Origin: Longicatena sp.
GTDB lineage: Bacteria > Bacillota_I > Bacilli_A > Erysipelotrichales > Erysipelotrichaceae
DNA: 64,000 nt
Direction: 5' to 3'
NCBI GenBank assembly: GCA_036639635.1
Contig: JAVWIF010000004.1
Coordinates: 8,646 to 72,645 of the forward strand
The notes beneath the pieces were generated by a model, which did no database searches, had not been told where the DNA came from, and saw nothing but the letters and a program-made list of their open reading frames with translations. Positions 41,220-49,474 of this stretch are shown one piece after another. Made by a program: the position numbers and the translations under genes. Numbering within the stretch: position 1 is the stretch's first letter; each line of letters begins with the position of its first letter.

Positions 41220-41888
41220 ATGTTTGAACATAAAAAAAAGTTGTTACACAAAGTAAAAGTAGAAAAACCAAATCCCCAGTATGCAGTATTAATGCAAGAG
41301 ACACTAGGTGGAGCGAATGGTGAAGTAAAAGCAGCAATGCAATACTTATCACAAAGTTTTCGCGCAAAAGATCCAGTATTTAAAGATTTATTTTTGGATA
41401 TAGGAACTGAAGAATTAAGTCATATGGAAATGGTTGCTGAAACCATCAACCTTTTAAATGGGGATGATGTTGATTACACTAAAGTTGGTGTTGGTGAGAT
41501 TGAAACAATGGTAACTTTTGGGTTAAATCCAGCACTTGTGAATTCTAGTGGAATTCCTTGGAGCGCAGATTATGTAAGTGTAACTGGCGATATGGCGGCT
41601 GATCTATTAGCGGATATTGCGAGTGAACAACGAGCAAAAGTTGTGTATGAATACTTGCATCGACAGATCAAAGATAAAGAAGTACGTGCAACTATTCTCT
41701 TCTTATTAGAGCGAGAAGAAGCACATAATGCACTGTTCTGTGAAGCATTGAATAAAGTGAGCAATGATGGTTCTAATCAAGACTTTGGAATGAGTGAAGA
41801 TAGTCGATTATATTTTGATTTATCTAAACCAGGACGCTACTTTGATGATCCTAATCCTAAACCAGTAGAAATTAAAAATGCAAAATAA
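41220..41888 (+). CDS. Manganese catalase family protein (CotJC-like ferritin-fold)
   Basis: GGANGEVKAAMQYLSQSF, EELSHMEMV and ERAKV..EEAH di-metal ligand pattern. Confidence 0.8.
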   Translation: MFEHKKKLLHKVKVEKPNPQYAVLMQETLGGANGEVKAAMQYLSQSFRAKDPVFKDLFLDIGTEELSHMEMVAETINLLNGDDVDYTKVGVGEIETMVTFGLNPALVNSSGIPWSADYVSVTGDMAADLLADIASEQRAKVVYEYLHRQIKDKEVRATILFLLEREEAHNALFCEALNKVSNDGSNQDFGMSEDSRLYFDLSKPGRYFDDPNPKPVEIKNAK

Positions 41889-41890
41889 AG

Positions 41891-41921
41891 AAAAAGTCAT
41901 TCATTTCTGAATGGCTTTTTT
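41891..41921. terminator. Bidirectional terminator
   Basis: AAAAAGTCATTCA-tttc-TGAATGGCTTTTTT. Confidence 0.8.
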
Positions 41922-42891
41922 AGCGTTGAATCGCTTGGTAATTCACTATTTTTTCATCAAGAATATTCCCTTCTTTAATGATTAAACACTTTTCTAGTAC
42001 TTCATTTGCATTGTCTTCAACAAGATCATCAAGATAATCTTTTACACAAGTCGATATTTCTTTTGTTGCAGTTTTATAGAATAAACTAGGCACATTATTA
42101 ACAGCATAAATTAAGACACCATTCATTTCGTACATCGGTTTTTCGATAGTTGTTGAAATACTGTTTTCAATAGCACCATTGTCATCGTCACTAACATCAA
42201 TAATCATCGATCCAGGACGCATTAGTTTCATAATTTCAGTACTTAATAAATGATCCTCACGTTTCTCATCCCATAAAACAGCATTCACAATAATATCAAA
42301 ATCACGAATTTCTTCAGTTAGTAAATCTTCCATTTTACGATTAAAGAACTTTATATTTGCGCCTAATCCAGAAAGGATACGATTTGCCCCCATGGCTGTA
42401 TTTCCACGCCCAATAATTGCAACATTGCTTTCATAAGGCATCTTACCAAACTTTGTTAAAGCTTGTAGTACAGCACCTTCTCCTGCAATTTGATTGTTAC
42501 GCCAAAATACATGACAATCTTTATAATACATATCTTCCCATGCATAACAAGTTAGTTTTTGTTTTACTATTAGGTCTGTTAAATCACTGTGTTCTACAGC
42601 ATGAATCCATCCAAAGATCATCGTTTTAGGGGGAAGACTCGCTAAATAGGTAGCTTCTCCAATTTTAGGATCGCAAATAATATCCTTTGTTAATATTTCA
42701 AATCTTGGTTGTATATGAGCACCTTTTTGAACGTATTCCTCATCGCATATGGCATAATCAGCTCCATATCCTGCTTCAAAATATAGTTGGTCACAATGCT
42801 TACAATCTTTTAAATCCTCTGGTAATATAGCAATTCTTTTTTCAAATAGCTTTTCACTCTTTATAAATCCAATCGTTCTTAAATCTTTCAT
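41920..42891 (-). CDS. AlaDH/PNT-family NAD(P) oxidoreductase, N5-(carboxyethyl)ornithine-synthase-like
   Basis: N-terminal ..GFIKSEK..EKRIAILPEDL and Rossmann IIGRGNTAMGA. 323 aa. Sub-family assignment is from memory only. Confidence 0.5.
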   Translation of the reverse strand: MKDLRTIGFIKSEKLFEKRIAILPEDLKDCKHCDQLYFEAGYGADYAICDEEYVQKGAHIQPRFEILTKDIICDPKIGEATYLASLPPKTMIFGWIHAVEHSDLTDLIVKQKLTCYAWEDMYYKDCHVFWRNNQIAGEGAVLQALTKFGKMPYESNVAIIGRGNTAMGANRILSGLGANIKFFNRKMEDLLTEEIRDFDIIVNAVLWDEKREDHLLSTEIMKLMRPGSMIIDVSDDDNGAIENSISTTIEKPMYEMNGVLIYAVNNVPSLFYKTATKEISTCVKDYLDDLVEDNANEVLEKCLIIKEGNILDEKIVNYQAIQR

Positions 42892-43164
42892 TCGTTATCA
42901 TATCCTCTCTTGAAAATTTGATACTAAAAGATTAGTTGAACTAGTCATGTTCACTTACGAATTGTAACATAGCGAGGCTAAGAGTACAAGTTTCGCTAAA
43001 ACCTCAAGATTAGCTATTTCTTGTTATTTACATTTTCTTTCAGAAAAGCAATCGTTTTAGTTTCTTTTTATCATAATCTATGGCATAATATAGAAACAAT
43101 ACAGAAACGATATCTTTTTAAGAGATAGCGAATATACTGTAAGGAAGTAAGGAGGCAACATGGA

Positions 43165-43239
43165 ATGTTAAAGATTAATATACAACGTAATAAATTCAAA
43201 TGTGAACATGTTCTTCTAGATGGACGATGTTGTAGATAA
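43165..43239 (+). CDS. 24-codon upstream ORF in the cysK leader, 3 Cys codons including tandem TGT-TGT two codons before the stop
   Basis: Own translation: MLKINIQRNKFKCEHVLLDGRCCR. AAGGAGG at 43149..43155 lies 9 nt from ATG 43165. An overlapping mini-ORF ATG-GAA-TGT-TAA starts at 43160. Not in the ORF track (too short). Confidence 0.4.
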   Translation: MLKINIQRNKFKCEHVLLDGRCCR

Positions 43240-43278
43240 CAAGAACAATAAAATAATATAAAATGGAGGATGAAAGAA

Positions 43279-44166
43279 ATGAACCAGACAATTTCGTTGA
43301 TTGGGAATACCCCAATGTACAATATAGAAAATTCAAATATTTATGTAAAATTAGAAAAATTTAATGTTGGTGGAAGTGTAAAAGATCGTGCCGTATTAGG
43401 GATGTTACAAGAAGCCATGAAAAAAGGGGATATTGATCCTAGTAGTGTTTTAGTAGAAGCAACCAGTGGAAATACAGGAGTAGCTTTAGCGATGCTAGGA
43501 GCTATCTATCATATTCCAGTTATTATTTTTATGCCTGAAACCATGAGCAATGAACGTCGCCAGTTGGTGAAAGCATATGGAGCAAAATTAGAATTAACAC
43601 CAGGCTCTAAAGGAATGCAAGGTGCTCTTGAGGCAATGAATGCTAAAATTGAAGAAGATCCTAAAAAGTATCATTCTTTATTACAGTTTGATAATTATGA
43701 TAATTGCAAAGCACATTATGAAACAACAGGAAAAGAAATATTAGAACAAGTAGAACATATAGATATATTTGTTGCCTGTGTGGGTACTGGTGGTACATTT
43801 AGTGGCGTTAGTAAGCGTTTAAAAGAACATGATGAACATATCTTATGTATTGCAGGAGAACCAGAGCATAGTGCTATTTTGAGTGGACAAGATGCAGGTC
43901 CTCATAAAATACAAGGAATTGGAGCAAACTTTGTTCCTAAGAACTTTGATCGTGAAATTTGTGATGATATTATGTTAGTAAGCAATGAAGAAGCATTAAA
44001 AGAAACTGTTAATTTTGCGCGTGAAACTGGTATTTTAGTCGGTATTAGTAGTGGGGCAAATATTGCTTTAGCAAAACGTTTAGCTTGGCGTAATCGCGAT
44101 AAAACAATTGTAACAATCGCTCCAGATGGCGGAGAGAAGTACTTATCCGTATTGGACTTTGATTGA
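43279..44166 (+). CDS. cysK: Cysteine synthase A (O-acetylserine sulfhydrylase)
   Basis: PLP-Lys motif [15 protein letters not shown], and [11 protein letters not shown] 43279 (GGAGGA 8 nt upstream). Confidence 0.93.
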   Translation: MNQTISLIGNTPMYNIENSNIYVKLEKFNVGGSVKDRAVLGMLQEAMKKGDIDPSSVLVEATSGNTGVALAMLGAIYHIPVIIFMPETMSNERRQLVKAYGAKLELTPGSKGMQGALEAMNAKIEEDPKKYHSLLQFDNYDNCKAHYETTGKEILEQVEHIDIFVACVGTGGTFSGVSKRLKEHDEHILCIAGEPEHSAILSGQDAGPHKIQGIGANFVPKNFDREICDDIMLVSNEEALKETVNFARETGILVGISSGANIALAKRLAWRNRDKTIVTIAPDGGEKYLSVLDFD

Positions 44167-44167
44167 T

Positions 44168-44707
44168 ATGTTTCGTGTGCTAAAAGATATAAATTATAAC
44201 TTAAAGCGTTCTATGGAAAATGATCCAGCAGCACATTCTAAACTTGAGGTCTTATTGTTATATCCTCATATCAAAGCTTTGGCATTTCATCGTGTGAGTC
44301 ATTTTTTGTACCATTATCATTTGTTTTTTCTATCACGTTTTAACTCTAACATTGGACGCTTTTGGACTGGTATCGAAATCCATCCAGGAGCTACTATTGG
44401 AAAAGGTTTTCTAATAGACCATGGAATGGGAGTCGTGATTGGTGAGACGGCAGTGATTGGTGATGATTGTCAAATTTATCATGGCGTAACATTAGGTGGA
44501 ACAGGGAAGCAACATGCCAAACGTCATCCAACTGTTGGCAATGGGGTAATGATAGGTGCTGGAGCAAAGTGTTTAGGAAATATAAACATAGGAGATAATG
44601 CTAAAATTGGAGCGAATGCAGTTGTAATTTCAGATGTTCCAGCAAATACGACTTTTATTGGACTTGCTGCAAAAGATAAACGTCAAAAACATTGCGATTG
44701 TAACTAA
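44168..44707 (+). CDS. cysE: Serine O-acetyltransferase
   Basis: [20 protein letters not shown] and [13 protein letters not shown] hexapeptide repeats. Starts 1 nt after the cysK stop. Confidence 0.92.
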   Translation: MFRVLKDINYNLKRSMENDPAAHSKLEVLLLYPHIKALAFHRVSHFLYHYHLFFLSRFNSNIGRFWTGIEIHPGATIGKGFLIDHGMGVVIGETAVIGDDCQIYHGVTLGGTGKQHAKRHPTVGNGVMIGAGAKCLGNINIGDNAKIGANAVVISDVPANTTFIGLAAKDKRQKHCDCN

Positions 44708-44739
44708 AGGTACGTATGGATTTCCATATGTACCTTTTT
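44706..44739 (+). terminator. cysKE terminator
   Basis: AAAGGTACGTATGGA-tt-TCCATATGTACCTTT followed by TT. Confidence 0.8.
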
Positions 44740-44830
44740 ACAACTCAAGAAAGTCTTTTTGATTTCTTGCTATTTAGTACTAAACTTGATATATTTTAAG
44801 AAGCTTACAAGAAAGACAGAGGGGAAAAGA

Positions 44831-45241
44831 ATGTTAGAAGTTAATGGAGAATTTAAAGCAGGAGCTGCTGTCATTTTCTCTAAAAATTTCTTTTAGGTAC
44901 GAAAGAGTAAAGCATTGATTACTAAATCGGATGCCATTATCATAGCTATCTATCTTCTCATTGCCTATCTTGGCAATGTTGGCTTGTGTATATGCTGATC
45001 ATGTGGTTGTTTAATTGTGACCAAAATTCGGATTTTATCATATTAGTTGGGTATGTTGCAGATGGGAATAGTGGCAGTTGCTAGTATTCCTAGTATTGTA
45101 ATGATGAAGAGTCATACTCTAACGCGTTACTCCTTAACAAACATGTCTTGGGTGACTCTATTACTGAATTTTGTAATAGCAGCAATTATTTTATATAGTT
45201 GTCGAAATATGATGAATGGTAGAGAGATTAAGAGTGAATAG
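44831..45241 (+). pseudogene. Decayed small membrane-protein gene: one 137-codon frame interrupted by three in-frame stops
   Basis: Own translation in a single frame: MLEVNGEFKAGAAVIFSKNFF*VRKSKALITKSDAIIIAIYLLIAYLGNVGLCIC*SCGCLIVTKIRILSY*LGMLQMGIVAVASIP... Stops are TAG 44894, TGA 44996 and TAG 45044. SD AGAGGGGAA upstream. The track ORF 45047..45241 is its tail. Confidence 0.5.
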
Positions 45242-45373
45242 GGCTTTAATTATGGTAAAGCATGTTATTGTTAACGTAAATTATGCGAAATATGGGATAC
45301 GTAGGAGGGTAAGGCTTTTTCTTTTACCTTAAGTATGATATTATAGATAACGATATAAAAAAGAGGTATAACT

Positions 45374-46627
45374 ATGTGGAAATTTCAATGTAAAAAACAA
45401 TTAGGTGTTATATTAGTAGGATTTATATTTGGGGCAATATTATTTGGTGCCTTTGGATACCAGAGAGAATTAATTCTTGATCTAATGAATAAAATGTCAA
45501 TGGCACAGCTTTCCAAAGAAGCGTACATTCCTTATTTATTAGGAGGAATAACCATTGCAGGAGCTGTTAATGGGTTTATGTTAACCATGTATTTTATTCA
45601 ACGCTTTAATATTAATTATATGTTTGTAATTATTATCTTCTTCTTTGGAGGATTTAGTTTCATTGCCCCAATTGGAGCAATATTATTATTGCCAACAGTA
45701 GCTGTTTGTATTTTCGGTTGGTTAACGATTCCTAATCGTGGTAATCATAAAGCTCTTGAAAAGAATGAAGTTACTAGTGTTGCTGAAGTAGAGCGCGTAT
45801 ATCGTTTACACCATAGGTATGTTAATGATTATGATGATTTGGCAAAAAAAGTTTGGAATTATACATTACGTATGAATGTTGTTTATGCAGTAGGTCTTAT
45901 TGTGATGTTCTTTGCTATCTTCTATGTGGAAGATTTATTCTTAATGTTCTTAGTTTTTGTTTGCTATGCAGTGATGTTTATTCAATTAACAAAAAGAAAA
46001 GCAATGGCATTAGAACCAATCATTGCTTTGTTATATGATGAGTGTAACCCAGAAGCTTGTGCTTCTGCAATCTTTGCTTTAGCAAAGTTTAGTAAAAAGA
46101 AGAAAACATTTCCATTACCACAACATTTAGCACAGTGTATGATATATTTAAACGATCCACATTTAGCAGTTGATGTTTTGGTAACTTGTCAAAAAGATAA
46201 AGTAGCAAATATGTTTCCATATTATTCATTGATGGCTTACGCATACTATCAATTAGGTGATGCAAGTATGGTACAGTTACAATTTGATGAATGTGAAAAA
46301 AATAGTGCAAGAAATGTAAATGGACCAATAGGAATGTTACGTTCACAATGCTTAGATGGTATTAGTAATAAACTAGAATTAATGAATAAAGAGTTCGGTA
46401 AAGCTAGAAGATACTTTGAGGCAAATGTAAACACGACGCCTTATGAGTTTCAAAAAGTTGATTTTCATTATTATTTAGGGTTGATTGCTTTTGTTGATCA
46501 CGATTTAGATGAAGCCCAAAGAAAGTTTGACTATGTAAAACAACATGGAAATCAAATGTACTTTGTCGAAAAAGCAAACAAATTTTTACAAATGATAGCA
46601 AATGCAGCACCAGAAGATACATACTAA
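45374..46627 (+). CDS. Hypothetical polytopic membrane protein with C-terminal helical-repeat (TPR-like) domain
   Basis: About 5 TM segments in the first 210 aa, then a soluble helical region (..YYQLGDASM..,..YYLGLIAFVDHDLDEAQRKF..). I recognise no family. Confidence 0.6.
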   Translation: MWKFQCKKQLGVILVGFIFGAILFGAFGYQRELILDLMNKMSMAQLSKEAYIPYLLGGITIAGAVNGFMLTMYFIQRFNINYMFVIIIFFFGGFSFIAPIGAILLLPTVAVCIFGWLTIPNRGNHKALEKNEVTSVAEVERVYRLHHRYVNDYDDLAKKVWNYTLRMNVVYAVGLIVMFFAIFYVEDLFLMFLVFVCYAVMFIQLTKRKAMALEPIIALLYDECNPEACASAIFALAKFSKKKKTFPLPQHLAQCMIYLNDPHLAVDVLVTCQKDKVANMFPYYSLMAYAYYQLGDASMVQLQFDECEKNSARNVNGPIGMLRSQCLDGISNKLELMNKEFGKARRYFEANVNTTPYEFQKVDFHYYLGLIAFVDHDLDEAQRKFDYVKQHGNQMYFVEKANKFLQMIANAAPEDTY

Positions 46628-46658
46628 CAGAGGCGAGAATCATTGCTTCTGTTTTTTT
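46628..46658 (+). terminator. Terminator
   Basis: CAGAGGC-loop-GCTTCTG followed by T7. Confidence 0.7.
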
Positions 46659-46708
46659 CTATTATGATGAAGAACCATGTGAAATATGTGTGAATAAATG
46701 CAAACGTA

Positions 46709-46771
46709 TTGACAGGTGAATAAAAATAATTATAATAGTTAAGGTAGTTAATAGTTAAGTGGCTTAACTAT
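46709..46771 (+). promoter_or_regulatory. marR-ABC operon promoter plus palindromic candidate MarR operator
   Basis: TTGACA (46709..46714), 16-bp spacer, TATAAT (46731..46736). Perfect palindrome ATAGTTAAG-tgg-CTTAACTAT at 46751..46771, just downstream of the -10. Confidence 0.65.
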
Positions 46772-46787
46772 CGAAAGAGGTGACAAT

Positions 46788-47255
46788 ATGGATGAGATGG
46801 AAATTGCGCGGAAGATAACGCATTTGTTTTATACAATGCGTAAAGAAAGTTTAATGAAACCCTCAAATAATCATAAAATAGGGCATCGTGACATTATGAT
46901 GTTAGATGCTATTATGCGCATAAATGCGGAAGGTGATTTAGTAAAGATGAGTGATATCAGTACGTATTTTAATGTAACGCCAGCAGCGATTTCACAAATG
47001 ATTAAAACATTTGAAAATAAGAACTGGGTGGAACGTATACTACTAGAGAATGATCGTAGAAGTGTTTATATTAAAGTTACCAAAGAAGCCAAAGAGCTGA
47101 TCAACGGATGTGAAAAACATATGAGTGATAAACTATTGTTATTCATTGAAGAATTAGGTGCGGAAGATGCACAAGCATTTATTAGAATTCTAGAAAAAGC
47201 TTCCATATTTTATAAGAAAGAAAATGAATGTAAACAGAAAGGAAATGACGAATGA
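46788..47255 (+). CDS. MarR-family transcriptional regulator
   Basis: Winged-helix region (..MSDISTYFNVTPAAISQMIKTFENKNWVERI..DRRSVYIKVT). 155 aa. ATGA overlap with the next gene. Confidence 0.8.
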   Translation: MDEMEIARKITHLFYTMRKESLMKPSNNHKIGHRDIMMLDAIMRINAEGDLVKMSDISTYFNVTPAAISQMIKTFENKNWVERILLENDRRSVYIKVTKEAKELINGCEKHMSDKLLLFIEELGAEDAQAFIRILEKASIFYKKENECKQKGNDE

Positions 47256-49474
47256 TTAAATTACTTAAATATTTAAAACCATTTACTTTATCATTAATTG
47301 TTGTTGTGGCTTTGTTGTTTGGACAAGCCCAATGTGAATTAGCACTCCCTGATTATATGTCAGATATTATTAATACAGGGATTCAAAAGAGTGGAATTGA
47401 AGATAGTGTTCCTGTTGCTATTAGAGAAAATGAATATAAAAAGATTGCTTTTTTTCTAGAAGATAACGAAAAAAACTTGTTCCTAAATAACTATGAACTT
47501 GTTCTACAAGATAAAGGAACAAAAGAACAAAAAGAGAAGTATCCAATATTAAAGAGTGAAAATTTATATGTCTTAGTGAATATCGAAAGTGCAACTAGAG
47601 ATAAACTGAACACAGCGCTAGTTAAAGCTGAAATGTTAGTAAGCGGAATTGAAAAACAAGCAAAAGATCCCAATAGTGAAATGATGAAAAAACTTCCTAA
47701 AGGCATGGATATATTTAAAGCATTGCCTTTCATGCCTAAAGAAGAAGTTGATGCCATGAAACAAGAAATTGAAGTACAATTACAAGCACTTGGAAAAAGT
47801 ACGTTAGCAACTGCTGGAGCAAGTTATGTAAAAGGTGAATATAAAGCAATAGGCATTGATACAGATGCTATGCAAAATCACTATATTTTACTTGCTGGTG
47901 GAAAGATGTTATTGATTGCTTTAGCAGGCTCAATAGCAGCTATCTTTGTAGGTTTATTTGCTGCACGTATTGGTGCAGGATTTGCGAAAGCAGTACGTAA
48001 AGATGTCTTTGAAAAAGTAGAAAACTTTTCTCAATCAGAATTTAATAAATTTTCGACATCTTCATTAATTACAAGAACGACCAATGATGTACAACAAATA
48101 CAAATGGTAATCATCATGTTTCTTAGGATGGTTGCATATGCCCCAATTATTGGAATTGGAGCGATTCTTCATGTTTTAAATTCAGAAGCAAGTATGACTT
48201 GGATTATTGCTTTATGTGTTGTTGTATTATTAAGTTTAATTGGTGTACTTATGATGGTCGCAATGCCTAAATTTAAGATAAATCAGAAGTTAATTGATAA
48301 TATTAATACGGTTACACGTGGCTCCTTAGAAGGAATGCCGGTTATTCGTGCTTTCAATACACAAGCATATGAAGAAGAGAAGTTTAATGAAGTAAATAGT
48401 AAAATGATGAAAACAAACTTATTTATTAATCGTGTTATGTCTTTTATGATGCCTGCTATGATGTTTATTATGAATGGTGCTAGTTTGTTGATTGTTTGGG
48501 TAGGTGGTCATCAGATTGCCGATGGAACTTTACAAATCGGAGATATGTTAGCCTTTATTCAATACTCTATGCAAATTATTATGGCCTTCTTAATGATTGC
48601 TATGATTGCAGTTATGTTGCCAAGAGCAAGTGTATCTGCTAAACGTATTTATGAGGTACTAAGTTGTAAATTTAGTATTCGTGATCCTAAGAATCCAAAA
48701 CATTTTGGTCACGAACAAAAAGGATATATTGATTTTCAAAATGTATCATTTCGTTATCCAGGAGCCGAAGATGATGTTTTACATGATATTAATTTCACTG
48801 CAAAACCAGGAGAAACGACGGCTTTTATTGGAAGTACAGGAAGTGGTAAATCAACAATTATTAATTTAGTTCCACGTTTCTTTGATGTGAGCGAAGGGAA
48901 AATATTAGTAGATGGCGTTGATATTAAAGAAGTATCACAACATGAATTAAGAGAAAAAATTGGCTATGTTCCACAAAAAGGTGTTTTATTCTCTGGAGAT
49001 ATTGAATCAAATTTACGATACGCTAAAGAAGATGCTAGTCAAGAAGAACTTGATCGTGCTAGTAAAATAGCACAAGCAACCGAATTTATTTCATCAAAAC
49101 CATCAGGATATGGAACGTCAATATCACAAGGAGGAACCAATGTTTCAGGTGGACAAAAACAACGTTTATCGATTGCGAGAGCACTTGTGAAACGTCCTGA
49201 AATTTATATCTTTGATGATTCTTTCTCGGCATTAGATTTTAAAACAGATGCCAAATTACGTGCTGCTTTAGCAGATGTTACGAAAGAAGACAATGCCACT
49301 GTTTTATTAGTTGCTCAACGTATTTCTAGTATTATGCATGCCCAACGTATTGTTGTATTAGAAAAAGGTAGAGTAGCCGGTATAGGAACACATAGCGAGT
49401 TATTAAAAACTTGTGAGGTATATCAAGAAATTGCCTATAGTCAATTATCAAAGGAGGAATTAGGAAATGAGTAA
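47252..49474 (+). CDS. ABC exporter half-transporter (TMD-NBD) with degenerate catalytic residues and a large TM1-TM2 extracytoplasmic insert
   Basis: Walker A GSTGSGKST. Canonical signature VSGGQKQR. Walker B IYIFDDSFSALD (Asp in place of the catalytic Glu). Switch VAQRISS (Gln in place of His). About 180-aa insert after TM1. Confidence 0.88.
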   Translation: MIKLLKYLKPFTLSLIVVVALLFGQAQCELALPDYMSDIINTGIQKSGIEDSVPVAIRENEYKKIAFFLEDNEKNLFLNNYELVLQDKGTKEQKEKYPILKSENLYVLVNIESATRDKLNTALVKAEMLVSGIEKQAKDPNSEMMKKLPKGMDIFKALPFMPKEEVDAMKQEIEVQLQALGKSTLATAGASYVKGEYKAIGIDTDAMQNHYILLAGGKMLLIALAGSIAAIFVGLFAARIGAGFAKAVRKDVFEKVENFSQSEFNKFSTSSLITRTTNDVQQIQMVIIMFLRMVAYAPIIGIGAILHVLNSEASMTWIIALCVVVLLSLIGVLMMVAMPKFKINQKLIDNINTVTRGSLEGMPVIRAFNTQAYEEEKFNEVNSKMMKTNLFINRVMSFMMPAMMFIMNGASLLIVWVGGHQIADGTLQIGDMLAFIQYSMQIIMAFLMIAMIAVMLPRASVSAKRIYEVLSCKFSIRDPKNPKHFGHEQKGYIDFQNVSFRYPGAEDDVLHDINFTAKPGETTAFIGSTGSGKSTIINLVPRFFDVSEGKILVDGVDIKEVSQHELREKIGYVPQKGVLFSGDIESNLRYAKEDASQEELDRASKIAQATEFISSKPSGYGTSISQGGTNVSGGQKQRLSIARALVKRPEIYIFDDSFSALDFKTDAKLRAALADVTKEDNATVLLVAQRISSIMHAQRIVVLEKGRVAGIGTHSELLKTCEVYQEIAYSQLSKEELGNE

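Noticed and set aside
42892-43278. Looked for a T-box or SAM (S-box) riboswitch in the long cysK leader. Also considered the 83-aa minus-strand ORF 43071..43322.
   Set aside because: There is no GGTGGTACCGCG-type T-box sequence, no S-box core and no terminator/antiterminator pair. The minus-strand ORF has no SD and spans the cysK start region. The only supported element is the short Cys-codon uORF.
44894-45046. In-frame TAG/TGA/TAG as evidence for stop-codon recoding or an alternative genetic code.
   Set aside because: TGA and TAG terminate well-supported genes in this same window (cysK at 44164..44166, deoD at 27608..27610). No SECIS- or PYLIS-like context is evident, so a pseudogene is the simpler reading.
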